In this document: piece by piece, positions 30,604 to 40,161 of the stretch | Layout of the letters: each line of letters opens with the position of its first letter | Numbering within the stretch: position 1 is the first letter of the stretch | Assembly (NCBI GenBank): GCA_964445435.1 | Contig: CAYUKU010000004.1 | Location: 9,795-73,794, forward strand | DNA length: 64,000 bases | Direction of reading: 5' to 3' | DNA from: an uncultured Gammaproteobacteria bacterium | GTDB taxonomy: Bacteria; Patescibacteriota; Microgenomatia; UBA10105; UBA927 | Notes under the pieces: model-generated | What the model saw: the letters and a program-made list of their open reading frames with translations, nothing else | Told to the model about the DNA's origin: nothing | Databases searched by the model: none | Position numbers and translations under genes: made by a program

Positions 30604-32329
30604 ATGCGTACAGCTCAAGTGAGTCGTCGAGAAACTCGAGTTTTAGAAGATGTTCGCCCGGCGTGGGGAGCCTAATCAGCTTATAGAGTCTATCGGTTGT
30701 CACGACTGTCTGCGCTTCTTTCACATCCTCACCCGCGGTTTCCAGTCGGGCAGGGATTCCATCCAAAAGAACATTGACCTTACCTGACGAGCCTTCCTTG
30801 GGTCTCATGACGAGAAACACTTCGCCCGCATCGAATCGGATCACAAGCGACGCGCCCCTTTTGGGCATGGCCCGTTCTTTCCCTACGACCCAAGGGCCGC
30901 CATAAGCCACGGTGTTGAGAGGCATCGTATCAGGGATTGAGTATACAGATTCTTTTTCGGGGACGATTCGTTCAGGAGACGAAAAAAACGCAAGACGTCC
31001 GTATCCCAGATATGTCTCGGGCGTTCTGGAAAAGACACGGTATTGGGGATTATTCACATCGGCATCGATGGAAACGCCGGTTTCCGTCAACAGATTTTGG
31101 ATTACTGCTTCGGTTTCATCGTACTGACCCTCCCCGAAGTGGGTATAGCGAACCTTACCGTTTTTGTCGATGAGATACTTAGCCGGCCAATAGTGGTTAT
31201 TGTATGCGTTCCAGGTGGCATAGTTGTTATCCTGCATGACGGGATATTCGAGAGCGAAATCGCGGATCGCCCGTTCGACGTTTTGAGGTGATTTTTCGAA
31301 CTCAAATTCCGGTGTATGAACACCTATGATCACAAGGCCTTTGTCTTTGTATTTCGCGTACCAATTTCTGAGGTACGGAAGTGTTCGAATACAATTTATA
31401 CACGTATATGTCCAGAAGTCGACGAGTATAACCTTTCCGCGTAATTCCTTTATGGTAAGCGCGGAAGAATTAAACCATTCGCCGCTTGCTATGAGTTCCG
31501 GTGCGGCGCCCAAGCTATCGTTGAGCACTTCATTCATGGGTTTACCAATATCCGTTTTGCTTGTTGGTTTATCGGAAAGGCTCTCAAGCGCGTTTTTGAC
31601 CAGCAGATTGTCCTCGAACTTCGTCAGCCCGACGCCATAGTTAGGGAAGGTGGCCAGGATATACGTTTGAAATTTCCTGTCGATATTAAAGGCGATTGCT
31701 ATAGCGGTAATGATCATAATGACCCCAAACGCTTTCTGAATTTTTCCACTGTTTTTTATAAGCCAGGGGGCATGGCTAAGAAGGTTGCGACCGCCGTATG
31801 TTATAGCAAGCATAGGAATCGCAGTGCCGACGGCGTACGCAAACGTGATGAAAACTGCCGAAACAGTGACCGTTCCGGTCAGGGCTAACGAAATGACAGA
31901 CGCCAGGATCGGACCGACGCAGGGAGCCCACACCAGACCGAGGCTGACTCCTACCAGTACGCCCGCCGGGAAATCAGCATGGCTTGGTGACGGTTTTTGA
32001 CTGGACTGTGCGAAGTTGGATAACTTCGAGAAGAAAATTTCCAGCAAAACCCGGAACTTCGGAATTAGGAGGCTTGCCCCAAACATAAGAACGATTACCA
32101 CGGAAACCTGGCGAAGCGCGTCCGCCGAAATCCCGGTGACTCGAACGATAGTCGAGAGAAATAGCGTGAAGAACGTAAAACTCAGAATAAATCCGGTAAT
32201 GATTCCAAACGGTCTTTTCTTGCTGCCTGTTAGCGATCCTGACAGAACGATTGGTAGGATGGGAAGGATGCACGGCGAAAGAATCGTAACAATCCCTGCC
32301 AAAAAAGCGAAAATGAGAAGAATGACCAT
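30590..32329 (-). CDS. DipZ-like thiol:disulfide interchange protein: a CcdA/DsbD membrane domain fused to a thioredoxin-like (TlpA) domain and a C-terminal beta domain
   Basis: N-terminal 'LSPCILPILP' and a second conserved Cys TM (CcdA family); a central 'VDFWTYTCINCIRTLP' thioredoxin CxxC; and a ~150-aa C-terminal beta-rich domain. Confidence 0.75.
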   Translation of the reverse strand: MVILLIFAFLAGIVTILSPCILPILPIVLSGSLTGSKKRPFGIITGFILSFTFFTLFLSTIVRVTGISADALRQVSVVIVLMFGASLLIPKFRVLLEIFFSKLSNFAQSSQKPSPSHADFPAGVLVGVSLGLVWAPCVGPILASVISLALTGTVTVSAVFITFAYAVGTAIPMLAITYGGRNLLSHAPWLIKNSGKIQKAFGVIMIITAIAIAFNIDRKFQTYILATFPNYGVGLTKFEDNLLVKNALESLSDKPTSKTDIGKPMNEVLNDSLGAAPELIASGEWFNSSALTIKELRGKVILVDFWTYTCINCIRTLPYLRNWYAKYKDKGLVIIGVHTPEFEFEKSPQNVERAIRDFALEYPVMQDNNYATWNAYNNHYWPAKYLIDKNGKVRYTHFGEGQYDETEAVIQNLLTETGVSIDADVNNPQYRVFSRTPETYLGYGRLAFFSSPERIVPEKESVYSIPDTMPLNTVAYGGPWVVGKERAMPKRGASLVIRFDAGEVFLVMRPKEGSSGKVNVLLDGIPARLETAGEDVKEAQTVVTTDRLYKLIRLPTPGEHLLKLEFLDDSLELYAFTFG

Positions 32330-32335
32330 AACGTA

Positions 32336-32782
32336 TTACTGAGTGTTTGTTGTCAGTTCTTGCGATCCGCCCCCGTTCCACGTTTGAATGGCGTTTCCCT
32401 CTTCGTCGACATAGACGAAGGTGTGCTGATAGGTGATGCCGTATTTTCTCTTCAGATCCGTTGAAGAGTCATAATCGACTTTGAACAATACCACATTTTC
32501 GGGGATGCGTTCCGGATTTGTCTGGAAGTTTTTATCAGTGGGTACGCAGGTCGGGCACCACGGGGCGAAGAAGAACAGCACGCGTTTCTTTCCTTTGGCC
32601 GCCGCAAAGTCGGTAGCCGTATACGGAACATATCTTCCGGATGCCGTATTTGGCGTTGCGGGATTTTGAGAAGATTCCTGTGACGTTGGAGGAGAGGAGA
32701 TCGACGAGTTGCGAGGTTGAATGAAGAAATACACGCCGATGGCGAGAAACGCAAAAACGAGAAAGGGAATATATTTGTTCAT
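32336..32782 (-). CDS. membrane-anchored/secreted thioredoxin-family protein
   Basis: 'RVLFFFAPWCPTCVP' (WCxxC). The start is taken at ATG 32782, which has the SD 'ggaggaat' upstream on the minus strand. The ORF-track start at 32881 would overlap the divergent gene. Confidence 0.7.
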   Translation of the reverse strand: MNKYIPFLVFAFLAIGVYFFIQPRNSSISSPPTSQESSQNPATPNTASGRYVPYTATDFAAAKGKKRVLFFFAPWCPTCVPTDKNFQTNPERIPENVVLFKVDYDSSTDLKRKYGITYQHTFVYVDEEGNAIQTWNGGGSQELTTNTQ

Positions 32783-32870
32783 ATTCCTCCATTTGCAAAT
32801 GTTAAATACCACACACAGTGTAGCACACAATTCATTTGTCTGAATCTTCAGACTGTCATACAATAAAGGT

Positions 32871-33839
32871 ATGAACTTCAACTGGATCGATTGGGTGATT
32901 CTTGGAGTCGTGCTGTATCACGCGTACCTCGGATGGGAAGCAGGCTTTTTCCCCCTTCTGGTTAATTTTCTTTCTTTTCTGCTGGCATTGTGGGTGGCCG
33001 TTACCTGGCAAGTGCCGGTATCAGGATTTCTCTCAGAAAAATTCGGAATTCCTCACAATTGGAGCGCCGTCTTATCGTACCTTCTTTTGGCATTCTTCGT
33101 TCAGGAAACTATCAGTGAGCTGTTACATGGACTGCTTACGCGTATCCCGAAACGTATCCGGAATTCCAAAATCGCTGAATCGATGGGGGCAGTTGTTTCA
33201 GCGGCAAATGGCCTCGTGATCGTGGCGTTTGTCCTCCTTGTCGTTTTGGCGCTTCCCCTTCGAGGAACAGTAAAAACTGATATCAAAAATTCCCGCGTGG
33301 GTTCGATCCTCGCCAGATATGTAGAGAAGTACGGTGCTCCCATAGAATCGGTCATTGAAGAGATTGGTAAAAGCGCACAGAAATTTTTTACCATTGAGCC
33401 TGAATCGAAGGAGCGCATCGCCCTTGAAGTGTCCCCGAAGTTTTCCGATCTGCGGGTAGATGAAGCAAGCGAACGCAAGATGCTCGAACTTGTTAACGCA
33501 GAACGGGCAAAAACTGGCGCACCGGCACTCGTTATGGATACGAACATAGTTGCCGTGGCCCGTGCATACAGTCGGGATATGTTTGAGAGGAAATATTTTT
33601 CTCATTATTCACCGGAGGGAGAAAATGCAGCAGACAGGATGGAGAAAGGAGGCGTTACATTTACTCTGGCAGGCGAAAACCTTGCCTATGCACCTGACGT
33701 CACGACGGCACATCAAGGGCTTATGGAAAGTGCCGGCCACAGAAGAAATATTCTTGACCGACGGTTTCGGCGCATTGGTATCGGCATTATTGCAACAGAT
33801 ACCTTCGGTATCATGGTGACCCAAAACTTCGCGGATTAA
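32871..33839 (+). CDS. CvpA-family membrane protein fused to a C-terminal CAP/SCP (YkwD-like) domain
   Basis: N-terminal 'MNFNWIDWVILGVVLYHAYLGWEAGFF' (CvpA) with multiple TM helices. The C-terminal 'ARAYSRDMFERKYFSHYSPEGE...GENLAY...HRRNILDRRFRRIGIGI' carries CAP-domain signatures. Confidence 0.65.
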   Translation: MNFNWIDWVILGVVLYHAYLGWEAGFFPLLVNFLSFLLALWVAVTWQVPVSGFLSEKFGIPHNWSAVLSYLLLAFFVQETISELLHGLLTRIPKRIRNSKIAESMGAVVSAANGLVIVAFVLLVVLALPLRGTVKTDIKNSRVGSILARYVEKYGAPIESVIEEIGKSAQKFFTIEPESKERIALEVSPKFSDLRVDEASERKMLELVNAERAKTGAPALVMDTNIVAVARAYSRDMFERKYFSHYSPEGENAADRMEKGGVTFTLAGENLAYAPDVTTAHQGLMESAGHRRNILDRRFRRIGIGIIATDTFGIMVTQNFAD

Positions 33840-33853
33840 TCTCTTTTGCATTC

Positions 33854-35224
33854 ATGTTTGAAAATCTCGCCATCATTGACGTGGAGACAACCGGCACAAG
33901 TCCGGTGCGTGACCGTATCATCGAGATCGGCATATTGCGCATTGAAAACGGAAAACTTACTCATGCATATGAGTCACTTGTTAATCCGCAGTGCCACGTT
34001 CCGCCAGAGATTTCAATGCTTACCGGGATTCATGCGGGGCAACTGGAAAACGCGCCGATTTTTTATGCGCTCAAAGATACCGTTCGGGATTTACTACGCG
34101 ATGCGATGTTTGTCGCGCATAACGCCCGTTTCGATTATTCCTTTATCAAATCAGAGTTCAGCCGCATCGAAGAACCATTTGTAAGTCGCCAACTGTGCAC
34201 AGCAAAGTTATCCCGCACGCTTTTTCGACGGTACCGTCGACATAACCTGGATAGCATTATTGAGCGATTCGGATTTACGTGCGAAGGGCGACATCGGGCA
34301 TTGGGTGATGCCAAGGTGCTGTGGGATTTCCTTCAGATGATCCAAAAGACGGTACCGCCCGATAAAATAGCACATGCTATAAAGATCGTCACCAAGACTG
34401 CTTCCCTTCCATCGGCAATTACAAGAGAAACAATCGACACGCTTCCTGAGAGTTCGGGAGTCTACACGTTTTATAACGCCGACGGAGTGCCGCTGTATAT
34501 CGGCAAAAGTATCAATCTGAAGGAGCGCATTCTCTCGCATTTTACCGATGCTACTTCGAATATGAAGGAAGCAAAAGTATTTCATAGCATCGGGTCTTTG
34601 GAAGTTCAGAAGACAGACGGGGAATTGGGAGCGTTACTTAGAGAGTCACAGCTTATTAAAAAATACAAACCCGTATATAACCGTCAACTTCGGGAGATGC
34701 AGAGATTTGTCATCGCTTCCAAAAAAGAAACCCCGGAAGGATATCTTACGATTTCCCTTGAAGAGGTTTCTGTGATACGCCCCGCCGACGTAGCGAATAT
34801 CGTGGCGGTATTCCGATCTTTGGGACAAGCGAAGAGATATCTCGCGCAACTTGCTACCGACCATAAACTTTGCAAGAAACTCCTTTCTTTGGAAAAGGCA
34901 AAAACTGCATGTTTCGGGTATCAACTGGATGTCTGCGCGGGTGCATGTATCGGTAAAGAGCTGCCGGCTCGATACAATATACGCTTCATCGAGGCGTTCG
35001 GGAAAACGAAAATTAAGCAATGGCCGTTTAACGGAGCCATAGCCATATATGAAGGGAAAACGGCACATGTTGTTTTCCACTGGTGTTACTTGGGTACGAT
35101 TAATAACGATTCGGATGCTATTTCCAACAAATATGAATTTGACTACGATACGTATAGAATTCTTTCTCGGTACCTCCTTCAAAACGGGACGAAATTAAAA
35201 ATACGTCCTTATGTACTGCATTAG
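33854..35224 (+). CDS. DnaQ-like 3'-5' exonuclease fused to a GIY-YIG (Cho/UvrC-N-like) endonuclease
   Basis: Exo I 'IIDVETTG', Exo II 'FVAHNARFDYSF' and Exo III 'HRALGDAKV' (DEDDh), followed by GIY-YIG 'SSGVYTFYNADGVPLYIGKSINLKERILSHF'. Confidence 0.8.
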   Translation: MFENLAIIDVETTGTSPVRDRIIEIGILRIENGKLTHAYESLVNPQCHVPPEISMLTGIHAGQLENAPIFYALKDTVRDLLRDAMFVAHNARFDYSFIKSEFSRIEEPFVSRQLCTAKLSRTLFRRYRRHNLDSIIERFGFTCEGRHRALGDAKVLWDFLQMIQKTVPPDKIAHAIKIVTKTASLPSAITRETIDTLPESSGVYTFYNADGVPLYIGKSINLKERILSHFTDATSNMKEAKVFHSIGSLEVQKTDGELGALLRESQLIKKYKPVYNRQLREMQRFVIASKKETPEGYLTISLEEVSVIRPADVANIVAVFRSLGQAKRYLAQLATDHKLCKKLLSLEKAKTACFGYQLDVCAGACIGKELPARYNIRFIEAFGKTKIKQWPFNGAIAIYEGKTAHVVFHWCYLGTINNDSDAISNKYEFDYDTYRILSRYLLQNGTKLKIRPYVLH

Positions 35225-35258
35225 GGTGATATAATTTTGCAATGAATCCACTTACGGT

Positions 35259-35915
35259 ATGAAACTACTTCTTACATCTGCTGGTTTAACAAATAAATCT
35301 ATCGTTGATGCATTTCTGGAATTATTAGGGAAGCCGACTCGAGATAGTCGCGCGGTATTTATCCCAACAGCCGCAAACGGCGAGAAAGGAGATAAGTCTT
35401 GGGTTGAGCGTGAAATGAACACGCTCAAGAATCTGAATTTTTCCTCATTCGATATTGTTGACATCTCTCAAGTAAAACCCCTTGTGTGGAAACCGATATT
35501 TGCGCGTGCCGATGTGATTGCGATTGGAGGTGGTAATGATCGATATCTTCTTACTTGGTTAAGGAAGTCGGGATTGGCTAAATTATTGCCCAAACTGCTT
35601 GCGACGAAAGTGTATATGGGCATAAGTGCAGGAAGTATTGTTACTGCGAAAGTTGTCTCTCTTTCGTATTTGGGAATTCTGTATTACGAGAGGACGAAAA
35701 GATTTAAGGATGATTCAGGGTTAGGATTTATTGATTTTGAAATCCGTCCTCATCTGAATTCACCGGGTTTTCCAAAGGTGCGGATCGGTTATTTGGAAAA
35801 ATTGGCAGAGTCGAATAATACCCCGTTTTACGCATTGGATGACGCATCAGCGGTCAAGGTTGACGGTAATCGGATTACTGTCGTATCAGAAGGTGAGTGG
35901 AAAAGATTTCATTGA
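35259..35915 (+). CDS. peptidase E-like S51 family peptidase
   Basis: 'VIAIGGGNDRYLLTWLRKSG' and 'GISAGSIV' (nucleophile Ser) are typical of S51 dipeptidase E and cyanophycinase. Confidence 0.65.
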   Translation: MKLLLTSAGLTNKSIVDAFLELLGKPTRDSRAVFIPTAANGEKGDKSWVEREMNTLKNLNFSSFDIVDISQVKPLVWKPIFARADVIAIGGGNDRYLLTWLRKSGLAKLLPKLLATKVYMGISAGSIVTAKVVSLSYLGILYYERTKRFKDDSGLGFIDFEIRPHLNSPGFPKVRIGYLEKLAESNNTPFYALDDASAVKVDGNRITVVSEGEWKRFH

Positions 35916-35934
35916 TATTTACAACCTATAGTAA

Positions 35935-36936
35935 TTGATTTCCCATAAAGTTTTGTGTATGATGCCAAAACGCATGAAAGTGCGTTTTTTTCTTATGCCG
36001 GACATACCCGAATACGAATTAGAACGAACTAAAGAACGCATCATCGCGATAGCCCAGAACGCGTACCAGCAGATATGGCTTCGATTTCCGGACGACCTTC
36101 GTCCGGATGCGACGCGGATTCCGAATAAGACAAATACGTTTATCGCGCCAGAACCGGTCGAACACGGCCCGGAGTTCCATCCGCTTATGCGGCCTGAGAT
36201 ACGTCAGATGAACGAAAAAGTGGGAGCTGGGTTAACTGAGATAACGAGTGTCCAAAAAATTGCATGGTTTCACAGCACAAAATATACCTTTACCCCGACG
36301 CTTCTTCTATTTCCCGATCCGTATCTCAAACGGGTAGTCTATCACGAGGTGGGCGCGATGATGAATGTCACGCATCCGTTTATTGTTCCTGCCTCATACG
36401 ACGATCTTACAAGAAGACGCGTATCTGCGGCGCTGGACGCGGTGCTCATAGACGGTCATGGTCTTCGCGTGGAAGATACGTTTATCGAACGGCGCGCTTT
36501 CCGTCGTGTTCTTCGTGCTGGTGACTATGTTATTAACGATCTGGTTGCCCACCCTTACTTGCTTTCCGCGGGAGAAATGTACGAATTGGCGTATGAGTAC
36601 GTATCGGGACACATAATGAAACGTGGTGGAAATTTACGCTTGTTTGATCAGCTTGTTCAAAAGGGTGAACTTGTTCCGGATGAACACACTGATAATATTC
36701 CGTTTTTTCAGGCTTTCTTTTACGTCGCGCGCTTTATTGACTGGCGAATTATGCTCCGGGGATTTTTAACGGGCGATCCTGAACAAATATTTCAGCAATT
36801 CGAGCCTTATCTGGGAACGAATACCACTCGGGCGATGGATATTTTATTGGGCACTATTAATGAAGAAGAAAACGAACTTGGTCTTACCGATAGGCTTGCG
36901 GCTTATTTAGGAGACGCACCTTCAACGAAGTATTAA
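35935..36936 (+). CDS. hypothetical protein
   Basis: 333-aa ORF with no recognisable motif; start uncertain (alternative Met codons at 35959 and 35977). Confidence 0.35.
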   Translation: MISHKVLCMMPKRMKVRFFLMPDIPEYELERTKERIIAIAQNAYQQIWLRFPDDLRPDATRIPNKTNTFIAPEPVEHGPEFHPLMRPEIRQMNEKVGAGLTEITSVQKIAWFHSTKYTFTPTLLLFPDPYLKRVVYHEVGAMMNVTHPFIVPASYDDLTRRRVSAALDAVLIDGHGLRVEDTFIERRAFRRVLRAGDYVINDLVAHPYLLSAGEMYELAYEYVSGHIMKRGGNLRLFDQLVQKGELVPDEHTDNIPFFQAFFYVARFIDWRIMLRGFLTGDPEQIFQQFEPYLGTNTTRAMDILLGTINEEENELGLTDRLAAYLGDAPSTKY

Positions 36937-36937
36937 C

Positions 36938-37808
36938 TTACACCACCTGAAGGGTAAACAGTCCCGCAATTGCGACACCAAGGCCGATAAACTGTTGCCT
37001 GTTGAGTTTTTCCTTAAATACGATCCAGGAGAATAACACTATAACCGCAGCCTGAAGCGACGTGATCATCGTGACCGTGGACACTTCATAGTTAGCAATG
37101 GTGTAGTTATAGAGAGAAAACGCTCCAACATCCAAGGCTGCCGCAGCGAAAATACTTCTCCACGGTGTTTGCGTTTTCAGCACTGCGAAGTCATAGTGCT
37201 TATAAAGAAGGATAAGAAATGTCGTAACGGCGATTGCCGTTCGTATAGTAACGACGGTAAGAAACCATCCGATCGATCTGGATGAGATCGCAAGGAAATA
37301 AAGATACACGCCGTTCCGGCGGATGAGATAAATGAGTGAGGCACTCCCGCAAGTAGCGTGAGGACTTTTTCTTTTCTTTTTGGCAGCTCCAATCCCAGAA
37401 GAATCACGCCAACCATGATAAGAATCATGCTTACGATTTTTGCAGGCCCGAAAGGTTCACCGAGAAACATTACGCCGAGAATGGCGGTAACCACCATATA
37501 AAGTTGTCCGATGGGCCCGACAACCGCAAGGCGGCCGATTTTTGTGGCATGGAGAAATAACAGATAGTTGAAGCTAAAGAGTGAACCCAGAACGATAAGC
37601 GGCAGAAGATTAAATTGCGTCGGGGTCGGTGGTGCCACGGGGATGAGGAACGCAAACAGCGGTACTCCAAGTCCCTGGAAAATAAAAAGAGTGCGGGAAC
37701 CGGTCCGATTTTTCTTGACGTTTTCGTCACAAGAACAGCCACGAGTCCGAAGCCGACTGCGGCAACGAGCGAGTAAAGAAGAGCGAATAAATCCATGCTT
37801 CGCAGCAT
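36938..37808 (-). pseudogene. EamA/DMT-family transporter disrupted by two frameshifts
   Basis: Three consecutive minus-strand ORFs in different frames (37470..37808, 37177..37638, 36938..37309) together encode a contiguous 10-TM EamA-like protein. The frame changes fall near 37690 and near 37295. Confidence 0.6.
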
Positions 37809-37822
37809 ATCACTCGCTCTGC

Positions 37823-37851
37823 TAGACAGGGAAACGGATTTTTCGTATAAT
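37823..37851 (+). promoter_or_regulatory. sigma70-like promoter for fusA (TAGACA-N17-TATAAT)
   Basis: tagaca at 37823-37828 and tataat at 37846-37851, ~55 nt upstream of the fusA ATG. Confidence 0.5.
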
Positions 37852-37906
37852 GATTTACGATAAACATGGCTGCGCGCCCTGTGCGTGGCTTTTTTTGTTT
37901 GGAATT

Positions 37907-40027
37907 ATGGCAAATCCGCAAACAACACTTACAGAAAACCGCGACGTTCCTCTTGATAAGGTCCGTAACATCGGCGTTATTGCGCATATCGACGCCGGGA
38001 AAACGACAACCACGGAGCGCATCCTGTATTACACCGGTAAAAGCTATAAGATCGGTGATATCGACGAAGGCACGACGCAGATGGACTGGATGGAGCAGGA
38101 GCGTGAGCGCGGCATCACCATCGTGTCAGCCGCCACGACCACGTTCTGGAAAGGATACCGCTTCAATATTATCGATACTCCCGGACATGTAGACTTTACC
38201 GCAGAAGTGGAGCGCTCTCTTCGCGTTCTTGACGGAGGTATCACCGTCCTTGACGCGGAAGAAGGCGTTCAGTCCCAGTCAGAGACCGTGTGGCACCAGG
38301 CGGACAAATACAAGGTTCCGCGTCTGTGTTTCATCAACAAGATGGATAAATTAGGAGCTGATTTCCGCGCGACGATTAAATCCATTGAAGAGCGTTTGGG
38401 CGCACACCCTGCTGTGATGGTTGTTCCGATTGGTCGAGAAAATACCTTCAAAGGAATCATTGATCTTCTCACGCGCAAAGCATTGGTGTGGGGAAGCGAT
38501 GAATTAGGCGCTCACTTTGACGAAGCCGAAATTCCCCAAGATCTTAAGGAAGAGGTAGAGCAAAGCCGTCATGAACTTATTGAGAAAATCGCGGAAACCG
38601 ATGATGCACTTCTGGAGAAATATCTTGGCGGCACGGAGCCTACGGTGGAAGAGTTGAAAGCAGCACTCCGAAGGGCCGTTATTGCCTACGAGCTCGTTCC
38701 GATCTATGCAGGGACAAGCCTGAGAAACAAAGGCGTTCAGCCTCTTTTGGATGCGGTCGTGGATTATCTTCCATCGCCCCTGGATTTGCCTCCTGTCACG
38801 GGAACCGTTCCGCGAACAGAAGAAGCCATTAGCTACAAGCGTGTGAAAGAAGAGCCGTTCTCAGGACTCGCATTTAAGATTCAGATTGATCCGCATGTCG
38901 GGAAATTGACCTATGTACGTATTTATTCAGGGAAGTTAACATCCGGTTCCTACGTCTACAACTCGAATAAGGGTGTAAAGGAACGCGTCGGGCGTTTACT
39001 TCTCATGCATGCCAACCAGCGTGAGGAAATCCGAGAGGCTTTCGCAGGAGAAATCGTTGCGGTCGTAGGATTTAAGGACACGATTACCGGAGATACGATT
39101 TGTGACGACACCAAGCCGATTATCCTTGAGAAAATTACCTTCCCCGAGCCCGTTATTTCTCTTGCGATTGAACCCAAGACCAAGAATGACCAGGAAAAGA
39201 TGGGCTATGCCCTTCAGCGGTTGTCTGAGGAAGATCCAACGTTCAAGATTAAGAGCAATCAGGAAACGAACCAGACTATCATCTGGGGTATGGGCGAGCT
39301 TCACCTTGAGATTCTCGTGGACCGTATGAAGCGGGAATTTAAGGTCGAGGCCAATGTCGGCGCGCCGCAAGTGGCGTATAAAGAAACCATCAAGGCGCTG
39401 GCTGAAGGCGAGGGGAAGTATATCAAGCAGTCCGGAGGCCGCGGACAGTACGGACACTGTTTCATCAAGCTTGAGCCCAAGGGTCGTGGTGAAGGATTCG
39501 AATTCGTCGACGCCATCAAAGGTGGAGCAATTCCCCGTGAGTTTATTGCGCCTATCCAAAAGGGTATTATGGAGGCGATGGAAAACGGTGTTATCGCCGG
39601 CTACCCGGTTGTCGACATAAAAGCAACACTCTATGACGGAACGTATCACGATGTTGATAGCTCAGAAGTCGCCTTTAAGATCGCGGGATCCATGGCGTTC
39701 CAGAATGCAGCCAAGCAAGCGCAACCGACACTCCTTGAGCCGATCATGAAAGTGGAAGTGACGACACCCGACGAATACATGGGAGACATTATCGGAGATT
39801 TGGGCGCCAAACGGTCGCAGATCCTTGGGACGACGAAGCGAGGACACGTGTCGGTTATTCTTGCGCTCGTTCCTTTGGCTGAGCTTTCCGGATACGCGAC
39901 TGCACTTCGCAGCATGTCGAAAGGCAGAGCTACCTATTATATGGAGCCTTCCCACTACGAAGAAGTGCCGCGCAATATCCAGGAGAAGATTATCGCCAAA
40001 GAAGGCCGCGCATCCGCTTCAGCGTAA
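37907..40027 (+). CDS. fusA: elongation factor G
   Basis: '[20 protein letters not shown]' G-domain and full-length EF-G. The start is taken at 'MANPQTTL' (ATG 37907); the ORF is open from 37850. Confidence 0.95.
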   Translation: MANPQTTLTENRDVPLDKVRNIGVIAHIDAGKTTTTERILYYTGKSYKIGDIDEGTTQMDWMEQERERGITIVSAATTTFWKGYRFNIIDTPGHVDFTAEVERSLRVLDGGITVLDAEEGVQSQSETVWHQADKYKVPRLCFINKMDKLGADFRATIKSIEERLGAHPAVMVVPIGRENTFKGIIDLLTRKALVWGSDELGAHFDEAEIPQDLKEEVEQSRHELIEKIAETDDALLEKYLGGTEPTVEELKAALRRAVIAYELVPIYAGTSLRNKGVQPLLDAVVDYLPSPLDLPPVTGTVPRTEEAISYKRVKEEPFSGLAFKIQIDPHVGKLTYVRIYSGKLTSGSYVYNSNKGVKERVGRLLLMHANQREEIREAFAGEIVAVVGFKDTITGDTICDDTKPIILEKITFPEPVISLAIEPKTKNDQEKMGYALQRLSEEDPTFKIKSNQETNQTIIWGMGELHLEILVDRMKREFKVEANVGAPQVAYKETIKALAEGEGKYIKQSGGRGQYGHCFIKLEPKGRGEGFEFVDAIKGGAIPREFIAPIQKGIMEAMENGVIAGYPVVDIKATLYDGTYHDVDSSEVAFKIAGSMAFQNAAKQAQPTLLEPIMKVEVTTPDEYMGDIIGDLGAKRSQILGTTKRGHVSVILALVPLAELSGYATALRSMSKGRATYYMEPSHYEEVPRNIQEKIIAKEGRASASA

Positions 40028-40040
40028 GAGTGAACACCTA

Positions 40041-40069
40041 TTGCGCAAACGTGATCGTGATGGTAGAAT
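40041..40069 (+). promoter_or_regulatory. extended -10 promoter for tuf (TTGCGC-N17-TAGAAT with an upstream TG)
   Basis: tg at 40061-62 and tagaat at 40064-69; a leader hairpin ctcatcag/ctgatgag at 40092-40114; the SD aaggagg before the ATG. Confidence 0.5.
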
Positions 40070-40161
40070 GCCTGTACGAATCATCTCACAACTCATCAGC
40101 TTGTTCCTGATGAGCTTATGAGGTGATTTGTCTGTATTGTTTTTTTATTTAAGGAGGCAGC

